A DNA stretch of 63,275 nt, filler included, from Octopus bimaculoides (lineage: Eukaryota): NCBI RefSeq assembly GCF_001194135.2. It is 5 parts of 5 records of this genome, joined end to end, with 100 filler letters (N's around TTAATTAATTAA, not from the genome) between each part and the next. Parts side by side here need not be neighbours in the genome. Positions count along the whole stretch, not along the records: positions 1 to 10,574 come from NC_068986.1; positions 10,675 to 31,054 come from NC_068985.1; 3 more parts are not named here. The stretch is one strand, 5' to 3'. The translations under genes and the position numbers were made by a program. The notes under the pieces are model-generated. The model worked only from the letters and a program-made list of their open reading frames with translations. It was not told the origin of the DNA and made no database searches. Positions 1 through 11,512 of the stretch are shown here, one piece after another; within the stretch, counting starts at the first letter, position 1, and every line of letters begins with the position of its first letter.

Positions 1-529
1 AACAAGATACATAAATTTTCAACTCAATATAAATCAATAAAAATTAATGTACCAGTCTAAAATTAGGTTGTCTGATCGGCAACTTAGAGAATAGCTACCC
101 TTAAGGTTTTTCATTAAACCAGTTGTCAAATACAGTTTTTGAAATGTGTAAGTGAAGGCTGCAAAACTGTTATTAGGACAAGGTCTAAAAGATACAAAGT
201 ATCAAATACCACTGTTCATTAAAGGCTATCTTTATACTGATTTTCAATTGTCTCCCGGCTGCAAAATTATCACAAAGAAGACGATCTGTTTCTTTCCTAT
301 TTTTTTAAAATCTTTTTTATCACATCTATTTCAAAAGCAAATTATTTTGCATTCTACTGAAAAAGGAGCTGCCGCAATCGTTACGTACTAACGTAAATGG
401 TTGATACTAACTTGTACAAATATAGAAGACTATCATTTGGCCTTAGGAACACTGGGATGATTTCAACGAATTGTGAAACAAATTATCTTGCGGAATCACC
501 TTGATTCTGCTTACTCATATTTAGATGAT

Positions 530-727
530 AATAATATTCGTTTCAAATTTTGGCACAAGGCACGCAAATTCGGGGGAGAGGACAAGTTGATTTCATCGAC
601 CCTAGTGCTCCCAGATGAAAGGCGAAGTCGACGTCGGTGGAATTTGAGCTCAGAACACAAAGACTGACGAAAAGCCGCTAAGCATTTTTGTCCGATGTGC
701 TAACCATTGTGCTAGCTCGCTGCCTTT
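530..727 (-). mobile_element. SINE-C copy (tRNA-like head)
   Basis: Reverse complement matches the recurring unit GGCGAGCTGGCAGAA...GAGTTCAAATTCCGCCGAGGTCGAC...GGGGTCGAT seen about 10 times in the window. Confidence 0.8.
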
Positions 728-1922
728 ATTTAGGATAATATTGGATCTGATAGTCTACTAAAGATCATCTCAGGACTTTAGAGATATTTCTGTTTGTCTC
801 TAATGTGATGTTCTGTTAAACCAGATTACAAATTTCTTCGATTAATTATGTAACCCAGATATGAAAAGATTGTTAATATTTAAGGGCAAAAAACTCTTTC
901 GTCTCGTTTTTTACGGAGGGCGTTCGTAAAATATGTTATAACAACCGAATATGCTCTGAACCAAAAACTAGTTTACAGATCAACGTCTTGCGAAGACTAT
1001 TGAGACTATAGATCTCATATCATTATAGTTTGTGGGATCAAAATAGTTGGACCTCGAAACACACTTCCTCATATTGTGATTTATCGCGGTTCCCGATAAA
1101 TCTAAGGGGGAATAGTCCAGCTTATGGAATCAGCCAGACCAAATACTGATTCAGTTCTAGATCTCAATAACACTTCCAACTGATCTCATTCTTCATTCAA
1201 GCGTAACAGTGATTGTAGGGTTGCTTTCACAGAGCCTTGTCATGCTTATCATTCCTATTGAAGAATTTCGTCGTTCAATGAAAACAATACAAACACATGA
1301 AAGACCTAAATTTGTGACTTTATTATTACGTTAATTGATATAAACATAAAATCTAATTTCAAATCAGTGGGGTGTTTTGTTCATCCTTGCTAATTTTTTA
1401 GTCTTACAATTCATGTTCTTTTTAAATGGAAGAGAATACTGGAATTCTGTTTTCTTTACATAATGTGTCTTGTGGTGGACAAGTTCCCTCTCTCATACTT
1501 AAACTAGATATTGATCAATACCCTTATTCCATGAAATAAAATTTTGGTATAGAGATCGCTTATTCTTACTTATGACACGTACTGAATATTTCTGCTACGC
1601 TATGCATATGGGTAGTAAACTAAATCTTGTTATAGTTCCGTGCCATATGGAGAGTCGAGAAGATTTAGCTGAGATGTTGATTTTAAGCCTATCACAGCGT
1701 ATTAATTCTCGTTTGAGAACGTATATGTATCGACGTGGGCTAGACATATGTCTTTTACTCACTGAAACAAAATTGATAATTAGTTTCAAATAAAGCTTAA
1801 GTATTCAAGTTTAAAGTAACAACTCATGTTTATATTAGTGTATATCCCACTTATATTTCGAATGCATTCTCTTTTCCATGTATCATGGAATATACTACAC
1901 AGGCAAATACGTGTACTGACGC

Positions 1923-1959
<37 letters not shown>

Positions 1960-2058
1960 NNNNNNNNNNNNNNNNNNNNNNNNNNNNNNNNNNNNNNNNN
2001 NNNNNNNNNNNNNNNNNNNNNNNNNNNNNNNNNNNNNNNNNNNNNNNNNNNNNNNNNN

Positions 2059-2356
2059 NGAATGGATTTGGTAGATGGAAACTGAAAGAAGTCCGTCGTA
2101 TAGATGTGTATGTCTGTGCGTGTATGCATATATTTATGTGCGTGTCTTTGTGTCTGTATTTATCCCCTCCCATCACTGCTTGACAACCGGTGTTGGTGTT
2201 TACGTCACCGTGACCTAACGGTTCGGCAAAAGAGACTCATAGAGTAAGTACTTAGCTTAAAAAATAAGTCATGGGGTCGAGTTATTCGACAAAAACGCTT
2301 CAAGTTGGTGCTTCAGCATGGCCGCAGTTAAATGTCTGAAACAAGTAAAAGAATAA
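2059..2356 (+). mobile_element. SINE-A body and tail (head lost in gap)
   Basis: Matches full copy 17666-18075: GGATTTGGTAGA.GGAAACTGAAAGAAG...CAGCATGGCCGCAG...GAAACAAGTAAAAGA. Confidence 0.85.
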
Positions 2357-2382
2357 AAACATACATACTTATATATATATAT

Positions 2383-2453
<71 letters not shown>

Positions 2454-2855
2454 ATTGTATAGGGTATAATTATACTTAAGGGCACAAAAGTTACCGTGCC
2501 TATATGCTGAAAGAAGACGCCAAATACGTCCTACCACCTCAAATATTCTCTCCACATATATTACACAAGCTGAAAGCGAGAAAGCAGACTCACTAAAAAT
2601 TCACAAAATATTTCAGATAGTTTTATCTTGATCAATTTCTAGATTAGTTTGGTAACTCTTCCTTCGTCAGCAAAACATACTGAACGAAATAAATGAAAAT
2701 ATCNNNNNNNNNNNNNNNNNNNNNNNNNNNNNNNNNNNNNNNNNNNNNNNNNNNNNNNNNNNNNNNNNNNNNNNNNNNNNNNNNNNNNNNNNNNNNNNNN
2801 NNNNNNNNNNNNNNNNNNNNNNNNNNNNNTATATATATATATATATATATATATA

Positions 2856-2931
2856 TACTCTCTTTTACTTGTTTCAGTCATTTGACTGTGGCCATGCTGG
2901 AGCACCGCCTTTAGTCGAGCAAATCGACTCC
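2856..2931 (-). mobile_element. SINE-A 3' tail fragment
   Basis: Reverse complement of the SINE-A tail (CTCTTTTACTTGTTTCAGTCATTTGACTG.GGCCATGCTGGAGCACCGCC). Confidence 0.85.
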
Positions 2932-3790
2932 ATCACCAACCCAGGGAATTTATGGTCTCTTTAGTCCTAGAAATCATAGGGTGGTTATCAGGTTTTTTTG
3001 ACTTATGAGTAACCGAGATCACAACATTTCACAACATTCCACCTGTACGAGATACCATCTTGTTTTTGTACTCGAACATTTCAAAGAACAAAAGAAAAAA
3101 AGAAACATTAAGAACTTATTGAGTACGGCATTCATTATAACACCCTGACTTTATACCTATACATATATTATTGACCAAACATACTCAATGTATGTGTTTT
3201 GCTTATTCACCGGTATGCTTCGCTTTAGCGCGGTAGAAATTACTCCCGCAAAGCACTAAGCGACGAAAATGGCAAAATATCGATATCCATCACTCCTGAA
3301 TGAGATTAAGGACGAGTTGTCTCGCTAGTCTATGATTTTCAGGTGTTTTAACACCCAGTGCTTTGAGAAAGTCATCCCCACCACACGAACCTGAAGCGAA
3401 CCGGCGAACAAACAAACAAAAAAACGCATAAAATCTTTTTAGCTTACGTCACCCCAGTCATTATCATTGTCGGGCGGGACGAATGGTTCTGGCAAAATTT
3501 AGGTCACTGAAAAGTAGTACCAAAGGAATTGAAAAGCCTTATTGGCGATAAGTCAAAAGTTAGACAGATGTGTTGTATCTAAAACTAGTAATCAATATGG
3601 CCTTCACTCTTCACAACAGCAGGGTGTGTAGTTTCATGAAGTCCTTGATGTCATCTCTAATACTTCAAGCAACCGTATAGAGCAGTGTTTCTCAACCATT
3701 TTTTCTTTACTGTTTTATTTATGGACCCCTTTGATTTCTGTTTTATTCGGATGGACCCTCGAAGCCATTTGATTAAAAAAATTATATATT

Positions 3791-5671
3791 TTATGATCCT
3801 TCCATTAAGACTTCAGGAAGAACAATTTCTGGCGTTTTCTCACTCACTTTCCTAAATTTAGGCTTTTTGGACACACTTTCTTCACTTTCTACACTTGCAG
3901 GTCGTTTCATAAGAAACATATCAAGAAAAATGTGTTTTTTCTTGCCTTTCAAAATGTTATGAAAATGCGTTAGAGCAGAGTCATTAAATAAAGCAGCTGC
4001 ATGGCCTATAGCTACTTTTTCAGGATAATATTTTTCTAAAAATTCAGAAACATGCAGCCACTTCACCAACACTGCCTTTATGTCACTCGTAGAGATAGCA
4101 TTCTCCGCTACACTTCTCCTCCGGGGAACCAATCTCTTCCACCGCATCCAAATGCTGCTGCTCCTGAAGCTGCAGGAGTTCATCTGTCGTCAGCTCCTCT
4201 AAGTATTCCTCGACGAGATCGTTAATGTCCCCATCATTAACCTCGAGGCCCATGGACTTGCTAAGAGACACTATCTCCTCGACTACAGGTGTCTCAGACT
4301 CAAACCCCTCGAAGACTCTTTCGGATACGCAGTCAGACCACAGTTTCCTCCATGCAGAATTCAGCGTTCTCCTCGTTACACCCTGCCAGGCTATTTCGAT
4401 GATTTTTAGGTAGTTTACTATGTTCTAGTGCTCCTTCCAAAATTCACGAAANNNNNNNNNNNNNNNNNNNNNNNNNNNNNNNNNNNNNNNNNNNNNNNNN
4501 NNNNNNNNNNNNNNNNNNNNNNNNNNNNNNNNNNNNNNNNNNNNNNNNNNNNNNNNNNNNNNNNNNNNNNNNNNNNNNNNNNNNNNNNNNNNNNNNNNNN
4601 NNNNNNNNNNNNNNNNNNNNNNNNNNNNNNNNNNNNNNNNNNNNNNNNNNNNNNNNNNNNNNNNNNNNNNNNNNNNNNNNNNNNNNNNNNNNNNNNNNNN
4701 NNNNNNNNNNNNNNNNNNNNNNNNNNNNNNNNNNNNNNNNNNNNNNNNNNNNNNNNNNNNNNNNNNNNNNNNNNNNNNNNNNNNNNNNNNNNNNNNNNNN
4801 NNNNNNNAAGACAAGGTTGAGCCACTCGGAGAAGAACTGCCTGATGACCCAGGCTTTAACGTTTTCCCTCCACATGATCTGCAGCTTCTCCTTCACGATT
4901 TTCTGGGAATTGAACACTCGTGGGTTTTCAGAATGGTAGACAAGAAGCGGCTTAATCTTCAAATCTCCACTTGCATTGGCACAAAAGGCGAGAGTTAGCC
5001 TATCTTTCATAGGTTTGTGGCCTGGCATTTTCTTCTCTGCAACTATGTAGGTTCTTCTGAGTATTTTTTTTTTTTTCCAAAACTGGCCAGTTTTATCACA
5101 GATGACTGCCTGTTGTGCGATGTACTCTTCGGCTGCGACGAGCTGACGGAATTCAAGCACGAAATCTTCAGTTACCTTAGTGTCAGAACTCGTCACCTCT
5201 CCATACCTGACGACGCTATGAACACCAGTCCTCTTCTTAGAAATTATCAAACCAGCCACAACTGGCCTTAAATGTGTCTGCTGATGTCTCCTCCGTCGAT
5301 GTTCTAGGGTTCTGCTTCAGGAGATCCCATATAGCGCTCGTGCTTTCTCGCAGATGATGGTCTCCGTAATCATATCCCCTGCGAGTTGCTTCTCGTTGAT
5401 CCACAGGAGAAGCAATTTTTCTATTCTTTCGTGGACAGATGTGCGTTGCTTAGAGAGCCTGGAGACACCCTTTGCTGTTGTAACGGCCTTGATATCGTCC
5501 TTTTTCTTCAGGATGGTGCAGATCGTCGACGTGCTTCGGTTGTATTGACGTGCTACGCCCATTACACGCACTCCTCTCATTTTTATCAATGATTTCTTTT
5601 TTCAATTCTATTGTAATCACCTTTTCCTTCTTATCAACACTGTCGTTTGCACTAACCTTCTTAGGATCCAT
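3791..5671 (-). pseudogene. Tigger/pogo-family transposase, frameshifted and gapped
   Basis: MDPKK..ITIELKKEII (CENP-B/psq-type HTH), LLLWINEKQLAGD.ITETIICEKAR (HTH-Tnp), KDRLTL.FCANASGDLKIKPLLVYHSENPR (DDE_1), C-terminal DINDLVEEY.EELTTDEL. Confidence 0.9.
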
Positions 5672-6449
5672 GGCAAACACAACTAATTATTATAAAATAA
5701 TAACGAAAAAAATGCACAAAACTAAACAAAAACACTGGGGTAAACACAACAGGGACGCTGCCACAGCGAGATCAACACGTGAACTGAGCGAGCAGAAACT
5801 GCGCTTGTTGGGAGAACGTGTGCGAGCTCAGCGCCGACTAGCGGTCGCTTGTATGAANNNNNNNNNNNNNNNNNNNNNNNNNNNNNNNNNNNNNNNNNNN
5901 NNNNNNNNNNNNNNNNNNNNNNNNNNNNNNNNNNNNNNNNNNNNNNNNNNNNNNNNNNNNNNNNNNNNNNNNNNNNNNNNNNNNNNNNNNNNNNNNNNNN
6001 NNNNNNNNNNNNNNNNNNNNNNNNNNNNNNNNNNNNNNNNNNNNNNNNNNNNNNNNNNNNNNNNNNNNNNNNNNNNNNNNNNNNNNNNNNNNNNNNNNNN
6101 NNNNNNNNNNNNNNNNNNNNNNNNNNNNNNNNNNNNNNNNNNNNNNNNNNNNNNNNNNNNNNNNNNNNNNNNNNNNNNNNNNNNNNNNNNNNNNNNNNNN
6201 NNNNNNNNNNNNNNNNNNNNNNNNNNNNNNNNNNNNNNNNNNNNNNNNNNNNNNNNNNNNNNNNNNNNNNNNNNNNNNNNNNNNNNNNNNNNNNNNNNNN
6301 NNNNNNNNNNNNNNNNNNNNNNNNNNNNNNNNNNNNNNNNNNNNNNNNNNNNNNNNNNNNNNNNNNNNNNNNNNNNNNNNNNNNNNNNNNNNNNNNNNNN
6401 NNNNNNNNNNNNNNNNNNNNNATATATATATATATATATATATATATAC

Positions 6450-6603
6450 AGCGGGATTCTTTCAGTTTCCGTCTAACAAATCCACTCACAAGGCTTTGGT
6501 CAGACCGAGGTTATAGTAGACGACACTTTGCCAAGGTGCCACGCGGTGGGACTGAAGCTGAAACCATGTAGTTGGGAAGCAAGTTTCTTACAACACAGCC
6601 ATG
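6450..6603 (-). mobile_element. SINE-A 5' part
   Basis: Reverse complement of the SINE-A head and CORE-like segment (GCCAAGGTGCCACGC.GTGGGACTGAA). Confidence 0.8.
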
Positions 6604-6785
6604 TTGACAACTTCTCAGAGAGCACACGTTGCTGAAGTATAACCAATTTATTGCAGATAAATTTTAAAGACAGCATAAATTTTAAAAACCTGGGTCCATA
6701 CGGCCCCAGGGGCCATATGGACCCCCCGTTGAGGACCACTGGTATACAGGTTCCCTCATTCATATCAATGAGAAAGTAACATTAA

Positions 6786-7007
6786 ATGGGACATAAGTTT
6801 GAAGAACATGTGGCATATGATGTAGATCTAGAGTGTTACAACATGAATGAAGAACAAGTTACTTCGTTCATAAGTTATGATACAAAATTAACAAAGAATA
6901 ATAATATCAATGACGATGACGATGGTCATATTGTGTTAGGCGTCTCTTCTACAAACGTTAGACATGTTCTGTCAATTGTTAGAAAATTCACAGAAAGAGA
7001 ACTGTGA
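6786..7007 (+). pseudogene. possible decayed pogo/TIGD-type transposase C-terminus
   Basis: FEEHVAYDVDLEC..M.EE...DDDDD...VRHVLSIVRKF resembles the acidic C-terminal region of pogo/Tigger proteins; motif-level only. Confidence 0.35.
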
Positions 7008-7455
7008 AAGTTTTAGCAGTTTTTATGCCGTTAAAGAAGACTTGTATGAATCGACATCAGCTGGAAATCGTAGATAGTCAAAGTTTGCAGATTTTATCAA
7101 TTGGATAGCATAATGACATTTAAAATGTGCAAACTACTAATGTCTCACATGTTGAGTCTTGTACAGGAAATGGATTAAAACATGGTAACTTGAATAAACA
7201 AAAGCAGCATTCAACCACTGAAAAACGTAAGAAATAATTAATATATTAGATCGATAAAATATGTCGTTTGGATGTTAACAAGTCGATCCGTGATAATTTT
7301 CTAATACATGAAACAAAAAAATATTATTTCCTGCGGTTTCAAACCAACATTTCTTTGTTTAAAACAAAATGCGTACAAAACAGCGTAATTTTAAAAAAAA
7401 AAGATTTTTGTTCTCATTTCATTCTGTAATCCATACATGTGTAATATAACCACAG

Positions 7456-7555
7456 TGGAGGCGCAATGGCCCAGTGGTTAGGGCAGCGGACTAGCGGTCA
7501 TAGGATCGCGGTTTCGATTCCCAGACCGGGCGTTGTGAGTGTTTATTGAGCGAAA
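7456..7555 (+). mobile_element. SINE-B head (rest in gap)
   Basis: A box TGGCCCAGTGG, B box GTTTCGATTCC; matches copies at 18875-19256 and 50812-51187. Confidence 0.85.
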
Positions 7556-8125
7556 NNNNNNNNNNNNNNNNNNNNNNNNNNNNNNNNNNNNNNNNNNNNN
7601 NNNNNNNNNNNNNNNNNNNNNNNNNNNNNNNNNNNNNNNNNNNNNNNNNNNNNNNNNNNNNNNNNNNNNNNNNNNNNNNNNNNNNNNNNNNNNNNNNNNN
7701 NNNNNNNNNNNNNNNNNNNNNNNNNNNNNNNNNNNNNNNNNNNNNNNNNNNNNNNNNNNNNNNNNNNNNNNNNNNNNNNNNNNNNNNNNNNNNNNNNNNN
7801 NNNNNNNNNNNNNNNNNNNNNNNNNNNNNNNNNNNNNNNNNNNNNNNNNNNNNNNNNNNNNNNNNNNNNNNNNNNNNNNNNNNNNNNNNNNNNNNNNNNN
7901 NNNNNNNNNNNNNNNNNNNNNNNNNNNNNNNNNNNNNNNNNNNNNNNNNNNNNNNNNNNNNNNNNNNNNNNNNNNNNNNNNNNNNNNNNNNNNNNNNNNN
8001 NNNNNNNNNNNNNNNNNNNNNNNNNNNNNNNNNNNNNNNNNNNNNNNNNNNNNNNNNNNNNNNNNNNNNNNNNNNNNNNNNNNNNNNNNNNNNNNNNNNN
8101 NNNNNNNNNNNNNNNNNNNNNNNNN

Positions 8126-8300
8126 TACCTGTAATTATTGGGGTCCTGGGATATGTAACACACTGCCTAAATACCAATATTGAGAATTTAGGCTTCTCAA
8201 AACCAGAAAGGAGAAAGCTAATTCGAAGACTATAGATCCAACCCATCACTGGAACTGTAAAAATCTATAAAACTTTCTAGAAGTTTATCATTTAAATATA
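8126..8300 (+). mobile_element. 3' end of an RLE-type (R4/Dong/HERO-like) non-LTR retrotransposon ORF
   Basis: PVIIGVLGYVTHCLNTNIENLGFSKPERRKLIRRL*IQPITGTVKIYKTF resembles the P.IIGALG...LQ....GT.KI end of restriction-like-endonuclease LINEs. Confidence 0.6.
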
Positions 8301-8499
8301 TATGAGCATGTCTAGATATGTAACTCTATACATGAGAATACATACATAAAACATACAAATCTGCACATACATACATACATACAAAAATACTCTGTTGTTG
8401 ATGTTGAAATTCCAATAAAGGAACCTTGGATCTAGGTTAGAAACCGGTTCTTTATTGGCAAGAATTCTTGAAATAAACTGAATAATGACATACATGCAT

Positions 8500-8575
8500 A
8501 CTTGATAAGGAGTTTGCAAATCCAGCACCCAAAATACACTTTCAGATCCATACCTATTATTATTGGAGCAAACAG
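8500..8575 (+). mobile_element. second RLE-LINE fragment
   Basis: LIRSLQIQHPKYTFRSIPIIIGA ends in the PIIIG motif where the 8126 fragment begins. Confidence 0.5.
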
Positions 8576-8796
8576 GACACATACCAACCCGTCTGGAACA
8601 AAGTATGGCAAATCCTTAACAACGCAAATCCTTAATTCATACGCTACAAATGATCATGATATCAGGGATCCTAAATGTCTACAAGATTTAAAGGATGATG
8701 GTTAAAACAAGATACTTTCCTTCATTACCTTGCTTCTAAGTAGGTGGCTGGTCAAAATTTATTCTAAATTAAAAAGAGAACGAGTTCATACGGCAT

Positions 8797-9114
8797 AGAC
8801 GTAGGAGTGGCTGTGTGGTAAGTAGCTTGCTTACGAACCACATGGTTCCGGGTTCAGTCCCACTGCGTGGCACGTTGGGCAAGTGTCTTCTACTATAGCC
8901 TCGGGCCGACCAAAGCCTTGTGAGTGGATTTGGTAGACGGAAACTAAAAGAAGCCCGTCGTATATATGTGTATATATATATATGTATGTGTGTATATGTT
9001 GTGTATCTGTGTTTGTCCCCCCAACATCGCTTGACAACCGATGCTGGTGTGCTTAGGTCCCCGTAACTTAGCGGTTCGGCAAAAAGAGACCGATAGAATA
9101 AGTACTAGGCTTAC
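8797..9114 (+). mobile_element. SINE-A (tail in gap)
   Basis: GTAGGAGTGGCTGTGTGGTAAG...GGTTCAGTCCC head, internal AT/GT microsatellite; near-identical to 17666. Confidence 0.9.
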
Positions 9115-9648
9115 NNNNNNNNNNNNNNNNNNNNNNNNNNNNNNNNNNNNNNNNNNNNNNNNNNNNNNNNNNNNNNNNNNNNNNNNNNNNNNNNNNNNNN
9201 NNNNNNNNNNNNNNNNNNNNNNNNNNNNNNNNNNNNNNNNNNNNNNNNNNNNNNNNNNNNNNNNNNNNNNNNNNNNNNNNNNNNNNNNNNNNNNNNNNNN
9301 NNNNNNNNNNNNNNNNNNNNNNNNNNNNNNNNNNNNNNNNNNNNNNNNNNNNNNNNNNNNNNNNNNNNNNNNNNNNNNNNNNNNNNNNNNNNNNNNNNNN
9401 NNNNNNNNNNNNNNNNNNNNNNNNNNNNNNNNNNNNNNNNNNNNNNNNNNNNNNNNNNNNNNNNNNNNNNNNNNNNNNNNNNNNNNNNNNNNNNNNNNNN
9501 NNNNNNNNNNNNNNNNNNNNNNNNNNNNNNNNNNNNNNNNNNNNNNNNNNNNNNNNNNNNNNNNNNNNNNNNNNNNNNNNNNNNNNNNNNNNNNNNNNNN
9601 NNNNNNNNNNNNNNNNNNNNNNNNNNNNNNNNNNNNNNNNNNNNNNNN

Positions 9649-9748
9649 AGAAGAAGAAGAAGAAGAAGAAGAAGAAGAAGAAGAAGAAGAAGAAGAAGAA
9701 GAAGAAGAAGAAGAAGAAGAAGAAGAAGAAGAAGAAGAAGAAGAAGAA
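9649..9748. repeat. (GAA)n microsatellite
   Basis: About 33 uninterrupted GAA units abutting a gap. Confidence 0.98.
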
Positions 9749-10264
9749 CCAAATAGTACGTTAATTATCCAATGTGTCCTTCCTTCTTTAATATAATTAC
9801 ATGCAATTCGAGGGAGATTTTAATGCTATTTCTAGCAAGACTAGCGACTATGCGCAGCTTCCCTTCGTTGACAAGATCTATGATTGCAAGGATCGTTCAT
9901 ACCATTTCATGTCCTTTTATAATTTATTCTTATCAGATACTTTTCAGTGAACAGTCTCTCTGAGATAGTATCATGGCGCCACTATAATCGCGCCTAAAGT
10001 CGTCGGAATCCTTAGAGATTTCATCCAATGCATAGGATATTTGGTATTTCAGTATAAATACATCCTCCCAACTCGTCTAGATAAATGGCTAACTAAACTG
10101 TGAGTCAACATTAGAAAATAATTTTTCCAAAATCGCACGGCTTCGAAACCTGTTGTGCATAGCTCCTTTCACAGCAACAAGTGGTATATATATATATATA
10201 TAATATAGTACAACTTATAAGAATAACGTTAACAATAGTACAACTTATAAGAAAGATCTTAACA

Positions 10265-10430
10265 AGGCGTAGGAGTGGCTGTGTGGTAAGTAGCTTGCTT
10301 ACCAACCACATGGTTCCGGGTTCAGTCCCACTGCGTGGCACCTTGGGCGAGTGTCTTCTACTATAGCCTCGGGCCGACCAAAGCCCTGTGAGTGGATTTG
10401 GTAGACGGAAACTGAAAGAAGCCCGTCGTA
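10265..10430 (+). mobile_element. SINE-A, 3'-truncated
   Basis: Near-identical to the first ~165 nt of 17666-18075. Confidence 0.9.
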
Positions 10431-10574
10431 TTCTGTTTTAATTTTACGTTTTTAATTTATTCTTTCACCTCGGCTACTATCTGGCATATACAGGTGCTTA
10501 CAATTATCAAGTATTACCTCTAAAATTTGCTTATATATATATGTGTGTGTGTGTGTGTTTGTATGTCTGTTTTT

Positions 10575-10674
10575 NNNNNNNNNNNNNNNNNNNNNNNNNN
10601 NNNNNNNNNNNNNNNNNNTTAATTAATTAANNNNNNNNNNNNNNNNNNNNNNNNNNNNNNNNNNNNNNNNNNNN
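10575..10674. other. artificial scaffold-join spacer
   Basis: Exactly N44 + TTAATTAATTAA + N44 = 100 nt. Confidence 0.9.
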
Positions 10675-10679
10675 AACAC

Positions 10680-10938
10680 CTTCCAGTTATAGAAAAGATA
10701 GCATTTGAACCAACTCTAAATGACATTTATTTAGCTGTGAATAAGCTGAATAACAATAAGTGTCCAGGGTCTGATGGAATCTGTGCAGAAGCCTTGAAAT
10801 ATGGGGGTGACAAAATGTTTGAACTCTTTAGATATATTAATTTGTCACTGTTAGAGAACTGAGAAAGTGCCTCAAGACTGGATTGATGCCATTTTGGTCT
10901 CCTTGTATAAATCGGGACCAAAGGATCTGTGTGATAAT
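10680..10938 (+). mobile_element. RTE-type LINE reverse transcriptase N-terminal fragment
   Basis: EPTLNDIYLAVNKLNNNKCPGSDGICAEALKYGG then, in a shifted frame, VPQDWIDAILVSLYKSGPKDLCDN. Confidence 0.8.
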
Positions 10939-10939
10939 T

Positions 10940-11512
10940 TGATCCAACCAAGCTCTCAATTCTGCATCAGTATTGAACGAAACTCCGCGCATAGCATTTG
11001 AAAGAGATCAAAGGAGATGGAAATCCGTTGGTGCCAAATCAGGAGAGTACGACAGGTGTGGCACTACTTCTCAGCCATGCGTTTGAATGGCTTCCTTGGT
11101 CATATTGGCGATATGAGGGCAGGCGTTGTCGTGCAGTAGAAGAACGCCATGCTGCCGATAAGGTCTTTTCTCTTGAATAACCGTGTTGAGTCGTTCCATC
11201 TGTTGAATGTAGAGTTCCGCATTGACTGTTTGGTTCCGTTCAAGTAATTCGTAATGGATAATCCCTTCCCAGTCCCACCGTACGCACAACATCGTTTTAC
11301 GCGGATGAAGATCTTGTTTCACGCGCGGTGTCGCTTGTTTACCGGGGCTAAGTCATTCCTTACGCTGCTTCATATTGATGTACAGGCACCGTTTTTCGTC
11401 GCCAGTAACGATTCGGTAAAGAAATCGTTGCTTGTGTCCATGAGTTGAGCGGTGACGAGCAAGCAAACCAGCGCAGATTGTGGCTCGTTGATTTTTGTTG
11501 TTGTCACTTAAA
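10940..11512 (-). pseudogene. mariner (DD34D) transposase, 3' half, with stops
   Basis: WVPHAL, IVTGDEK, LLHDNACPH, YSPDLAPTDFHL motifs; several in-frame TGA. Confidence 0.92.

Larger units (their letters stand above)
3683..6741. mobile_element. hAT-type MITE split by nested insertions
   Basis: TIRs CAGTGTTTCTCAAC (3683) and GTTGAGGACCACTG (to 6741), 12/14 match; 8-bp TSD GTATAGAG / GTATACAG; ATGGACCCC near both ends. Confidence 0.7.

Noticed and set aside
7456-7530. tRNA genes at SINE heads (also 19860-19934, 39040-39110, 50812-50890)
   Set aside because: A and B boxes are present but there is no complete acceptor stem, and each continues into a multi-copy SINE body
9041-9796. Poly-Glu / poly-Leu ORFs
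   Set aside because: Products of the (GAA)n tract and a gap
10940-11512. Domesticated SETMAR-like gene
   Set aside because: In-frame stops, no SET domain, and several mariner relics nearby; an ordinary decayed transposon
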